Positions 1 to 11,125 of a stretch of DNA of 64,000 nt are shown here, piece after piece. This stretch comes from Octopus sinensis (Eukaryota). The translations under genes and the position numbers were made by a program. A model generated the notes under the pieces. The model ran no database searches, was not told where the DNA came from, and saw only the letters and a list, made by a program, of their open reading frames with translations. The DNA is taken from positions 101,308,001-101,372,000 of the forward strand of contig NC_043003.1 in the NCBI RefSeq assembly GCF_006345805.1. Direction: 5' to 3'. How positions within the stretch are numbered: position 1 is the stretch's first letter; every line of letters starts with the position of its first letter.

Positions 1-5
1 ATACA

Positions 6-56
<51 letters not shown>
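1..56. repeat. (TA)n microsatellite
   Basis: Pure TA dinucleotide run. Confidence 0.95.
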
Positions 57-60
<4 letters not shown>

Positions 61-102
61 GCCCAATACTATTTGGCAGCATTATTATATACTTCTAATT
101 AA

Positions 103-318
103 GGCCGCGAGCTGGAAACATTGCTAGCATGCTGGACGAAATGCTTAGCAGAATTTCATCCATTACTACGTTCTGAGTTCAAATTCCGCCAAGGTTGACT
201 TTGCCTTTCATCCTTTCAGAGTCAATAAATTAAGTACCAGTAAAACACTGGGGTCGATGTAATCGACTAGTCCTCTCCCTCCAAATTTAAGACCTTGTGC
301 CTTCAGTAGAAAGGATTA
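103..318 (+). mobile_element. tRNA-type SINE (family A, GGCGGCGAGCTGG head)
   Basis: Has the GCGAGCTGG head, a B-box-like GAGTTCAAATTCC and the body GACTTTGCCTTTCATCCTTTC...AAGTACCAG. Related copies lie at 822-925, 10815-11010(-) and 60405-60603(-). Resembles abundant octopus SINEs. Confidence 0.75.
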
Positions 319-821
319 TATATACTTCCAAGTTTACATTTGAGCATTTGTTGTGATTCTTCAATTTCTCCAATTTTATATCATTCAACCACGGTAGAAG
401 TTGAATATATTCTTAAGTCCACCATTTCGTCAATTCCAGCACCTTCCATGCTTCACCACTAACTAAATTGCAAACTGTTAATAGTTTTAAAGAGGACACC
501 TCCTCAGCTACACTTTGACATAAATAGTTTGAGATTTGGTTCAGAAGAAAAAAAGTTACATCAAAATATGTCGGACCTCAAGTGGGCAGTAAAGCAGATA
601 CTCATCTTCAACATAAATTTTTAAATTTTAAACTAAATGTATACTTTTCTTTGGCTTAAATGATAAAATTAGGTATTCAGAATCGTTAGTCGCATTGAAC
701 AAAAATTAGTAGAAAAACAGTTATGAGGTAAAATGTTACGAAATTTAATGTCAGGAAGTAAGAAGTAACGCCTAAGCAATAAGAATAAAGAATATTTCTA
801 AAATGAATGTTTCCATTCTAA

Positions 822-925
822 AGCGGCGAGATAGCAGAAACATTAGTGCGCCGGGCAAAATGCTTAGCGATATTTCAACTGTCTTAACATTTTGAATTCA
901 AATTTCGCCACGGTCGACTTTGACA
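822..925 (+). mobile_element. SINE family A, 3'-truncated copy
   Basis: GCGGCGAGATAGCAGAAACATTAG...GAATTCAAATTTCGCCACGGTCGACTTTG aligns with 103-210. Confidence 0.7.
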
Positions 926-1159
926 TACAGATTATTTAGTTAATTTTTTTTTAACTAAACACTTTCAAACTTCCAATACTGGTAGAATGTGTCACATAGA
1001 ACAGGTTTTTACTCTTAAGGTTTTTGACAAAATTTGGTATTTTAGAAGTTAGAGTGACAATGGACAAATTTGTGTTGGATAAGTGCCAATACATGAAACT
1101 CTCAGCTTTTGACTTACTCTCTAACTTCTGCCAATGATATATATACATATTACATATAT

Positions 1160-1490
1160 ACCCTTTTACTTGTTTCCGTCAAGCAAATCGACCCCAGGAC
1201 TTATTCTTTGTAAGCCTAGTACTTATTCCATCGGCCTCTTTTGCCGAACCACTAAGTTACGGGGGCATAAACACACCAACATCAGTTGTCAAGTGATGTT
1301 GGGGGAACACACACACACATATAAACATATACATATATACGATGGGATTCTTTCAGTTTCCATCTACCAAATTCACTCACAACGCCTTGGTTGGCCTGAG
1401 GCTATAGTAGAAGGTGCCACACAGTGGGACTGAACCCAGAACCATGTGGTTGGTAAGCAAGCTACTTACCACACAGCCACTCCTGCACCT
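1160..1490 (-). mobile_element. tRNA-type SINE (family B)
   Basis: Minus strand begins AGGTGCAGGAGTGGCTGTGTGGTAAG (A box) ... GGGTTCAGTCCC (B box), followed by a body with an internal (TG/TA)n tract. Confidence 0.7.
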
Positions 1491-1504
1491 ATGTGTAAAA
1501 AAAT

Positions 1505-1712
1505 CCCATCACGCAATCAAACCAATGAAAGAGCCTCTACCTGGTTGCTCAACATGCTAAAAATAACAGCCAAAGTATCCCCTACCTAAATCACACACAC
1601 ATTGTATGTAATGTCCTAGATTATCCCTAAAAAAATGGTTTGCTGAAGGCTGGAATGCCTTTGATGATAGGTTTGCAGTATCAATTGGAGGCTAAATAAC
1701 AACAACATCATG
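1505..1712 (+). mobile_element. SINE-like repeat (family C) ending in (AAC)n
   Basis: Contains the TGCTAAAAATAACAGCCAAA motif and GGCTGGAATGCCTTTGAT...GGCTAAATAACAACAAC tail. A degenerate minus copy lies near 11755-11905. Confidence 0.55.
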
Positions 1713-3494
1713 GCAAATTTCTATATTAACACCCGCACGATTTTCACTAAGAAACAAAAAAAAACAAAAAATTTAATTTTTGAGGTGGAATCAAATACCC
1801 TGACCTCCTAATATGCTGCAAAAAACGAGGTGGGGGTTCTCTCCCCACCCACTCATCCCGGAATCACTGGAAATTTCTTTTTTCATTGAATGAATTCCTG
1901 TGACCTCCTAATACTGCAAAATCAGGGTACTTAAGGTGAGCCTGGTAATGATGGTTTTGGGGTCTTGTTGTTTGTAACTTTTGGTGAGCCATTGTGCAAC
2001 CAACAACATGGTAAAATTCCCTGCCATTAACTTGGTGTGGATTGGTAATATCAAATAATTCAATCACAACATATATTTAAATTAAACATGAAAATAATTG
2101 AAATATCTGACATGGAAAAATTGAAATATTACTGTCAGTATTTTATAAGGTAAAATCATAAATTATTAATTGACACATTCTTAATTAGGATCTTTTCCTT
2201 TTGATGGACGGAATTCAACATGGAATCATGAAAAAATATTTTGCAAATTTTTACACTAATCTGCTTGTTCTTTTCTCCACGAAATCCTTTAATTTTTTTA
2301 AAACGCCCCGGTATGAAGATAATTCGTTCGTTTACCGTCCCCAATCAAATTCTTCGCCATTTCTGTTTCTCAATCAAAACTTCCGTCTTTCCAATTCACT
2401 TCCGGTCAACCTATTTAAATATCACCTCGTGCTCCTCTTCTACTCACTCTTTCTTGACCACAGCGATGTCCAAAGCAAGCTAAGAATTCTCATTTCATTT
2501 CTTCAATCCTTGTACTACATACATACATTTGCCACTAACGCTTAAATGTTCGAATCTATTCACTAATCTGCTTGTTCTTTTCTTTCATGAGCTAACTGTT
2601 GATACGGTTCCCCACAAAATATAATCCTTTAATTTTTTAACATCCCCCCCCCCCCCCGGTATGAAGTTAATTCGTTCGTTACTCTATGTTACTTTCTTCA
2701 AACCTCGATTGCTTAATTCTTCTCACTACCGTCCCCAATCAAAATCTTCGCCGTTCTGCCATTCGCGGTGCGCCCACCCTTTCCCACCCCCACCACCCAT
2801 ACCGGAGAACACTCTGCTTACACCATCTTCACCGGGTATCCCCTCTACCACCACCATTACGTGTGTCTATTCCTCCTACCCCTCCTCCTCAATATGCTTT
2901 CTCACTATGTATTACACCTGCCTCTCTCCCCCAAGACAGAAGCAGCTAGCGCCGCAGCTCATCAACCGTTCCACTTAACCCGTTATCTTATGTTCCTCCT
3001 GTTTTGAAATCTGCCACTGCCTCAACCGGCTATCTTCTTCCAGTCCCCTCCCCCACTCGTGATATCCTACGTTTTATTTCCTACATTTCATTCTGTCTAG
3101 AACCTGGTACCAACCCTACCTGTCATCGTTTCTCCTTACCCCAAACCTCCCCACTGGTGCTCCCCTATATTACCTGCACACCCCCCACTTTCTCTCCCTC
3201 TCCCTCTCTTCTCTCAGCTGGGACTCCCCCACCCCCAACCCAACACTAGAATATCCATATTTCTGCTACGCTACTTTAACTACGTTACTCGGTGACCATA
3301 ATGCTTGCTTAGAATGCTACTAACACCTAGAATTTCAGTATTTCTGCCACAGAGCTTACATCTACATCATCAATGACCTTAGTGCTTATGCTTACTACGC
3401 TGCTAACACCAGCTCCTGCCTACGGCAGGGACCACAACCTTAACCTGCCTAAATGCTTGAATGTTGTCAGGTCGGAAGAGAGATCAGATGAAAA

Positions 3495-6400
3495 ATGCCT
3501 AAAAAACTATCACCACCACAACAACCCTCTTCTTTTCAGGCGCTGAATTGCTCCCCTCCCCCCCACATCTCCTTCCCAGTTTTCAAAGTTGGCACTGTCA
3601 ATGTTGGTACATTGAAAGGTAGGTCTAGTGAGATTGTAGTGATGCTTGAGAGAAGACGGATTGATGTATGCTGCATACAAGAGGTAAGATGGAGAGGTGC
3701 TTCAGCTAGGGTCCTCACATGCAAGGCACATAGGTATAAAGTCTTCTGGCAAGGTAACATGGATGGTGTAGGGGGTGTAGGCATTCTCCTTGCGGAGAAA
3801 TGGGTGGATAAGGTCATAGAGGTTGTCAGGGTTTGCAATAGAGTGCTTAAGCTCAAGTTAGTCCTACAGAGTGGCACAGCTACGATTATCTCCGCCTATG
3901 CCCCACAAGCGGGACTACCAAATGATCAGAAGGACCAATTTTATGATACTCTTCTACAAGCTACCTCAAAGACTAGTGGCAAGGACCTCATCTTTGTGGG
4001 TGGAGACTTTAATGGGCATGTTGGGCAGAAATCGGGTATCTTCACTGGGGTACACGGTGGCCATGGTATTGGCACCAGAAATGATGAGGGAACTAGATTA
4101 CTGGAATTCTGTGATGCATGTAACCTTGTAATCTGCAACACTAACTTCAGGAAGCCTGACTGCCACCTTATAACCTATCAGTCAGGAGACTCCGCTAGCC
4201 AAATAGACTTCATCCTCACCAGACAGCAGGATGCAGGGTCGCTCTTAAATACAAAGACCCTCCCGGGTGAAGAATGTATCCCTCAGCATAGGCTAATCAT
4301 CAGTGACTTTAAGCTTGAGGCCAGAAGGACTCCAAGAAACAAACCAATCCAGAAAAGAAGGATTTGGAAGCTAAAGAACCCTTCACATGGTCAGAGATTT
4401 AGGGACATCCTCATCAAGAAATTTGATGAGAGGGAGAAGCTTCAAACGTCGGACATAGAAGGTAGCTGGGAATTCCTACGGGACAGCTTGCTGAGTGCCA
4501 CAGACCAAGTCTGTGGATGGTGCAAAGTCCCTTCCAGACCTAGAGTTACGTGGTGGTGGAATAGTGTAGTAGACAAAGCCATTAGTGCAAAGAGACAGGC
4601 CTGGAAAGCCTGGAGGGATGGGGGTGGCAGGGAACTGTACCAGGTAGCCAAAAGGGAGGCTGGGCAGCAGGTATACATAGCCAAAGATGTAGCAGAAAAG
4701 AAGAAGTTTGCCAATGTCCTGCGACGTGAGGACCAAAGAGCTGAGGTATTTTGGATTGCCAGACAGTGTGTCAGAGAAAATAGTGATGTTACAGGAGAGA
4801 AATGTGTCCGCATGGATGATGGAGCACTTGCTTTTAATGTTGGTGAAAAGAAAGAGGCTTGGGGAAGCCATTACTAAAGACTGCTGAATGAGGAGAATGA
4901 ATGGGAGGAGGAGAGCCTGCCAAATGTTGACCCAGTAGAGGGACCAGCTATCCGAATAGACAGCTCCCTTGTAGTTAAGGCAATTAAGGATATGAAAACA
5001 GGTAAAGCCCCCGGCCCATCTGGAATCACTGCTGGGATGCTTAAAACAGCTGGCTATGTGGGCCATGGCCTAGTCACCTGCATTGTAAACCAGGTAGTTC
5101 ACAATGGAGTCATACCCAATGACTGGCGTAGCAGCACCATAGTCAACTGCTACAAGGGTAAGGGTGATGCTCTAGATAGAAATAACTACAGGGGTGTTAA
5201 ACTGTGGGATCAGGTGATGAAGGTCACAGAGAGGGTCATAACCCATCTCATTAGGGAGAGAATTTGCTTAGATGAGATGCAGTTCGGTTTTATGCCGGGT
5301 AGAAGCACCACTGGTGCTATATTCCTGATCCGACAACTGCAGGAGAAGTACCTAGCTAAAGATAAACCCCTCTACATAGCTTTTGTGGACTTGGAGAAAG
5401 CCTTTGACAGGGTTCCCCGATCCCTTATCTGGTGGTCGATGCGGAAACTGGAGATTGACGAATGGCTAATAAGGGCTGTACAGGCTCTATACAGAGAGGC
5501 TGTCAGCAAGGTTAGGATTGGCAACGAATATAGTGAAGAATTCCGGGTAGAAGTAGGTGTACACCAAGGCTCAGCCCTCAGTCCCCTTTTATTCATCATA
5601 GTCCTCCAGGCAATAACAGAGAAATTCAAAACAGGATGCCCCTGGGAGCTCCTCTATGCTGATGACCTGGCTCTCAAAGCAGAATCACTACCGGAACTAG
5701 AAAAGAAATTTCGGGTGTGGAAGCAAGGGTTAGAATCAAAGGGCCTTAGAGTAAATGTAGCAAAGACCAAAGTTATAGTAAGCAGAAAGGCGAACTCAGC
5801 ACACACACCCTCGGGCAGGTGGCCCTGCTCGATCTGTAGGAAAGGTGTAGGTAGAAACTCCATAAGATGCACCCAATGTAAGCTATGGACACATAAGAGG
5901 TGCAGCAACATCAAAGGGAAATTAACTGATAAGATAGCTTTCATGTGCGGCAGATGCACAGGGACAATAGACACCACAGACACTCAGAAAACAGATTCCA
6001 TCACACTCCAGGGGGAGAAACTAGAAGTAGTTGATAGTTTCCGCTACCTGGGTGACCAAGTTAGTAGTGGAGGTGGATGCTCAGAGAGTATCACCACTAG
6101 AATACGAATAGCCTGGGCAAAGTTCAGAAAGCTCCTACCCCTACTGGCGACAAAGGGTCTCTCGCTCAGAGTAAAAGGTAGATTGTATGATGCATGTGTG
6201 CGAACTGCCATGCTTCACGGTAGTGAAACATGGGCTGTGACTGCAGAGGACATGCGTAGACTTGAAAGAAATGAAGCTAGCATGATCCGCTGGATGTGTA
6301 ATGTCAGTGTGCACGCACAACAGAGTGTAAGCACCCTGAGAGAAATGCTGGATATAAGAAGCATCAGATGTGGTGTGCAAGAGCGACGCTTGCGATGGTA

Positions 6401-6626
6401 TGGTCATGTACTGCGGATGTATAAGGAGAGATGTGTGAAGAAGTGCCACTCCCAAACAGTTGAAGGTATCAGAGGGAGAGGTAGACCCAGGAAGACATGG
6501 GATGAGGTAGTCAAGCATGACCTCAGAGCGTTGGGCCTCACTGAGGCAATGGCGAAGGACCGAGATCTCTGGAGATATGCTGTGACTGCAAAGACCTGGG
6601 CTGCTTCCTGCACCAGTTCCGCATAG
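3495..6626 (+). pseudogene. RTE polyprotein (APE endonuclease + reverse transcriptase + PHD-like Zn finger) with one in-frame TAA at 4875-4877
   Basis: EN motifs GTVNVGTL, CIQEVRW, GGDFNGH, SQIDFIL and QHRL. RT motifs FVDLEKAFD, GVHQGSALSP, LYADD and FRYLG. ORFs 3495..4877 and 4992..6626 share a frame. The paralogue at about 50646 has GAA at the stop position. Confidence 0.93.
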
Positions 6627-7138
6627 CCCCCTGCCCATTCAAAGTACCCTGGATCCCAGAACGTCCCGCTGTGCTTGAGGAGACCTGTTGAGTCAAGTAC
6701 ATGAACATGAACATCGAAATAAATATCAATGGAAATAGTAGTTGTGATACCTGTGCCGGTGGCACATAAAAAGCACCATACGTACGTGGCCATTGCCAGC
6801 GCCGCCTCGACTGGCTTCTGTGCCGGTATCACATAAAAAGCACCATCCGAACGTGGCCGATGCCAGCGCCGCCCCGACTGGCTTCCGTGCCGGTGGCACG
6901 TTAAAGGCTCCAACCGATCGTGGCCGATGCCAGACCCCCCTGGCACCTGTGCAGGTGGCACGTAAGAAGCACCTACTACACTCGCAGAGTGGTTGGCGTT
7001 AGGAAGGGCATCCAGCTGTAGAAACTCTGCCAGATCAGACTGGAGCCTGGTGCAGCCCCTGGCTTCCCAGACCCCAGTCGAACTGTCCAACCCGTGCTAG
7101 CGCGTAAAACAGACGTTAAACGATGATGATGATGATGA
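3495..7138 (+). mobile_element. RTE-clade non-LTR retrotransposon, near full length
   Basis: Single APE-endonuclease + RT ORF, 3' UTR with tandem hairpin units and a (GAT)n tail. The 5' boundary is uncertain; the 5' UTR may extend to about 2255. Confidence 0.95.
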
Positions 7139-7460
7139 CCCACACACCACACGCACCCTCATATCCCACTCTAGACCGATCTAGGCATATTATTGTTTTG
7201 TTTTTGTTGTTTTTGGCCCTTCAAAACCATGGGAGAAGCCTTTTCGGTAAAAAAAAATAAAGAAAATATTCAAAAAATATCGTTAATATTTTTATTGGGC
7301 GACGAAATTCATCGATTTAAGAGATATGGCTGTTATTTCTAGCACATGCCTCCTCGTTTGTTTATCAATATCGATAACGCAGCAAGTGCGGAGATAGACA
7401 GAAGAGAGAAGGATGAATAACACGTGTGTGTGTGTGTGTGCGCGTGCTGTTTACGTTGTA

Positions 7461-8730
7461 CGAGGGGCGTTCAATAAGTAATGCCCCTGACCCACTTGCA
7501 GTTGTTTGATCTAGCTGAAATTTTGCATGTGCACTTATTTATACCTCTATAGATTAAGTGGTGAATTACAGCTCTGAACTAATTGTGGTTTCTGATTTAC
7601 AGGTGTTTGAACTGAGTCAAGTGTGAAATGGAGCCTGTTGAGTGTCGAGCAGCGATCTGGTTTTTGTATTTGAAAGGACGCACACCACGGGAGACTTTTG
7701 ATGAAATGAAAGTAACTTATGGTGATGATGCCCCATCATATGACCTTGTAAAACGCTGGCATTGTGAATTCAAACATAGTCGGAACTCTACGGAAACAGC
7801 TCTCAGATCTGGTCACCCCCTTATACCGTTGATGAGACGTCTGTCCGTCAAGTTGAGGCTGCCATTTTGGAAGGTCAACGCATAACTATTCGCCAAATAG
7901 CCCATAAGGTCAAGATTAGTACCGGGTCTGTGGAAACTATCATTCATGACCATTTGCATATGCAAAATGTGTCTGCCAGATGGATTTCCAGGTTGCTCAC
8001 ACCTTTCCAGAAGCAAGAATGCGTTGAGTGCTCGAGGATGAATTTGGAGATGTGCCAAGAAGATGAGTCAAAATTTTTCAAAAGACTGATCACACAGGAT
8101 AAAACCTGGGTCCATCACTATGATCCATAGACCAAAGCCCAGTCAATGCAGTGAAAGCACCGTGACTCACCTCCTCCAAAGAAGGCAAGGGTGCAGCCCT
8201 CCGCTGACAAGGTTATGCTCACAGTCTTCTGGGACCAGGACGGAGTAGTGATGACAGATTTCCTGGCAAAGGGTACCACAATTACAGGAGCCTATTATGC
8301 TTCACTTTTGAGGAAATTAAGAGAAGTTATCAAAATTAAGAGGCGGGGCAAGATCAGCAAAGGCATCCTCCTCCTGCAGGACAACGCTCCGGTCCACAAC
8401 TCGCGTGTCGCCAGATCAGAAGCACAGGCGTGCAGCTATGAACTCCTCCCCTTGCACCCTCTGATTTTCACCTCTTCCCAGCCATGAAGTTGATTTTGAA
8501 AGGAAAGCGTTTCCCAGATGATGCAGCCTTGATTTCTGAAGTCACGTCGTGGTTGGAGGACCAAGCTGGGGTCTTCTACAAAAACAGTCTCCAGAGCTGT
8601 ATCAAACGATGGGAGAAATGCATAACTCTGGGTAGTTCCTATGTACGAAAAGACTAATAACTGTGCCAAGTGTCGTTGCTCTACTGCTATGGGAAGTGGG
8701 TCAGGGGCATTACTTATTGAACGCCCCTCG
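7461..8730 (+). mobile_element. Mariner (DD34D) DNA transposon, full length, defective
   Basis: TIR CGAGGGGCGTTCAATAAGTAATGCCCCTGACCCACTT at both ends, TA TSD at 7459-60 and 8731-32. Confidence 0.95.
7628..8657 (+). pseudogene. Mariner transposase, frameshifted with stops
   Basis: HTH MEPVECRAAIWFLYLKG, ITQDKTWVHHYDP, KVMLTVFWD and LQDNAPVH motifs. The YSPDL motif is deleted. Confidence 0.9.
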
Positions 8731-9026
8731 TAACAGGATGTTGTCTGAGTTTTTAGACACAGCAAATGATTTGAGCTCAAATGCTGGCAATTCATTGGTT
8801 AAAATTCGAAGAATTAAACTACGTTAAACTTACAAATTACAATTTTCTCAAAAAGGCCAAGTGAAAGTAATGTTTTCTTTTGACACATTCTACCAGTATA
8901 CGAAGTTTCAAATTGTTTAGTTAACTAGAAATTGTGTTAAATTCCGTCCACCAAAAGGAAAAGATCCCTTAATTATCTTATAACAGCAATGCCTGGGAAA
9001 ATCATGAATTACATGGAAAACTGCAA

Positions 9027-9481
9027 GCATGAAAAGTCATATTCTTAAAATTATAAACCTAGAAAAGTACAGGACAAGTTATTACACCTGTAAAAGTATA
9101 GGACAAGCTATTACTTCAAGTAAAGTAAAGTAATAAGAAACTTTTTACTTAAAACATTGCAGCTAAGATTAAAATTTGAATATTAAAACCTATTTTATTA
9201 TAGTTTACAAATAACACTATACTTATTTAAATAGAATTTGGCTAATTTACTACCTCAAATATAGAAAAAAGTGACTAATTAGACAAACTTACAAAGTAGC
9301 TGAACAGTTTTGTACAATAAATTTAAAAGATGAGAATTGTAAAGAGGGATAAATTAGAAGAACTGGCATTCTTTGCTACAATATTTTAAGTAAAAAGTTT
9401 CTTATCCTTTACTTTACTACAAGTAATAGCTTGTCCAGTACTTTTCCAGGTTTAGAATCTTAAGAATATTACTTTTCATGC
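9027..9481. mobile_element. MITE-like foldback element with about 110-bp imperfect TIRs
   Basis: GCATGAAAAGTCATATTCTTAA...AAGAAACTTTTTACTTAAAA is mirrored by TTTTAAGTAAAAAGTTTCTT...TTAAGAATATTACTTTTCATGC. Confidence 0.65.
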
Positions 9482-9639
9482 TCACATTTTTACTCACACA
9501 CACACATTTATACAATGTACATGCAATATTCATTTGCAATTTTTCATCTGCTAATTTTACACATACTTTTTTTTACTTTTGCTATCAGTTTTTTTTTCTT
9601 CTTAAAAGCAGTAACTTTTTTTTTTCTGCAGCCAGACAT

Positions 9640-10230
9640 GCTGTAATTCTTCTCTGAGAAGAATTTCTGTCAAGTCCAAGATATCAACTACCAGAACAAC
9701 AGATGGCTTGCTGTCTCACTCAAGGATATACCCAGAGTCATGCAGATGAAATTTCCAGCGACAATCATGGTCTTCAATGCCGTCAGTAGTGAAAGTGATG
9801 TCATGCTACCCCCCTCTTCTTAACTGGGAGCTTCAGGCTGAACACCAATGGCTATATCCATGTTCTGAGTGAGGTGAAGCTCTAGATCAACTGGGTAATT
9901 GCAGGAGGGCTGTATGTATGGCAGCAAGACTGTGCCCTGCTACACCAGCCAAAGACCCAGGCCTGGCTGTTGGAGAATTTTTTCAATCACACAACACCTG
10001 ACATTTGGCCTCCCAACTCACCTGACTGCAACCACCTTGACTTCTTTGTGTGGGGTACAGTGGAATGAGAGACCAACAAATCCAGCTTCTACACAAAGGA
10101 CAAGCTGAGAGCCTGGATTATAAGGGCCTCCAGGGACCTAAAATGAAGGATAGTGATGAAGGCCTGTGGCTGGTTCTGGGGTTACCTGAGGCTGTCACTG
10201 AGGCCAAAGGTGGGTTCATTGAGTGAGATC
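9640..10230 (+). pseudogene. Tc1/mariner-superfamily DD37D (maT-type) transposase relic
   Basis: Fragments FSEKNFCQ..QNNRWLAVS..MKFPATIMVF, YVWQQD and IWPPNSPDCNHLDFFVWG. About 37 residues separate the last two catalytic D residues across a frameshift. Confidence 0.75.
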
Positions 10231-10814
10231 AACAGAACATGTTAAGAAGACAAACTGACCCAAATTTGACAAATATATCTCAAAAAATAAAAACCAAGTG
10301 AGATTGACATCAGGCAACAGTTGTAAGCAAGTGTCACATAATTTACTTGATTGCTCACATTTATCAATTGTTTCTCTCATTGTTGTGATACACCATTTTC
10401 TATCATAAATAGAACTGTCAGTATTTTTGGTGACACAGGTATGCTAGTGAAATAATAATGAATCATCTGGTGCTTCATTGAGACCCCATCCAAAATAACA
10501 TTACTGATATCATAAAAGCACAATTTAAATTGTAAATTGTTTATCTTTCCATTCATATGATACTTAAAAAAAAACTGTGTCTACCATAATTCAGTTACAA
10601 TTTCCCATATTAGAACTAACTTGCAGGTGAAGATCAGTGGGGTACAGTGAAGTATAATGATGGATGCCAGTCTGTGTCTAACAGTTATTTAAATGACCGA
10701 AAGATATGAAAGATAAATTCAGTCCCAGTTGTATTTGGTCATAAATTCAGTATTTAACTGTTCATGCTATTTCATTGCCTCTACAACAACAACAACAACA
10801 GTCAAATAATAACA

Positions 10815-11010
10815 ATCCTTTCTACAATAGGCACAAATCCTGAAATTTGGGGGAGGGGGTTAGCTGAATACATCAACCCCCAGAACTTGGCTGGTACTTA
10901 TTTCATCAACCCTGAAAGAATGAAGGCAAAGTTGACCTCTGCAGAATTTAAACTCAGAACATAGGATTTATGAGATACCACAAAGCATTTTGTCGAGTGT
11001 GTTAGCAATT
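10815..11010 (-). mobile_element. SINE family A, diverged copy
   Basis: Reverse complement aligns to 103-318 (GAAAGAATGAAGGCAAAGTTGAC, AATTTAAACTCAGAAC). Confidence 0.65.
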
Positions 11011-11053
11011 CTACCAGCTTACAGTCAAACAATAATAATAATAGTATACTTAC

Positions 11054-11125
11054 AAGATTCTCTTGAGATGGAATCTTAAGCCAAGATGGAGCAAAGTCAT
11101 GCCTTGGCACGTTACTAGTTGCCAT
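11054..11125 (-). CDS. GPBP1: First coding segment of a vasculin / GC-rich promoter-binding protein 1 (GPBP1/GPBP1L1) family gene: MATSNVPRHDFAPSWLKIPSQENL
   Basis: HDFAPSWL matches the family's N-terminal HDFAPAWL motif (human GPBP1 begins MAQHDFAPAWLNFP). The exon spans 11160-11054, with acceptor TTTGTATTTATTTTTCAG| and phase-0 donor |GTAAGTAT. Downstream exons were not recognised in the window and probably lie left of position 1. Confidence 0.8.

Larger units (their letters stand above)
2188..8967. mobile_element. Non-autonomous DNA transposon (Merlin-like, GG termini, 8-bp TSD) interrupted by an RTE LINE and a mariner
   Basis: Left TIR GGATCTTTTCCTTTTGATGGACGGAATT at 2188 and right TIR AATTCCGTCCACCAAAAGGAAAAGATCC ending 8967. 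TSD CTTAATTA at 2180-2187 and 8968-8975. Interior 7165-7460 and 8733-8967 aligns to the uninterrupted copy at 20148-21255. Confidence 0.85.

Noticed and set aside
1864-2067. Possible next vasculin exon (minus ORF ending HRNSFNEKRNFQ)
   Set aside because: No convincing splice-site pair or recognisable family motif; it shares a duplicated TGACCTCCTAATA motif with the adjacent repeat.
6745-6965. CRISPR-like array (palindromic repeats with variable linkers)
   Set aside because: The linkers are homologous to each other, there are no cas genes, the context is eukaryotic, and the array is the RTE 3' UTR.
6404-7090. 228-aa antisense ORF and similar ORFs over RTE UTRs (43065-43673, 48741-49178, 62719-63225)
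   Set aside because: They arise from GC-rich tandem UTR units and antisense RT codons, and the frames are not conserved between copies.
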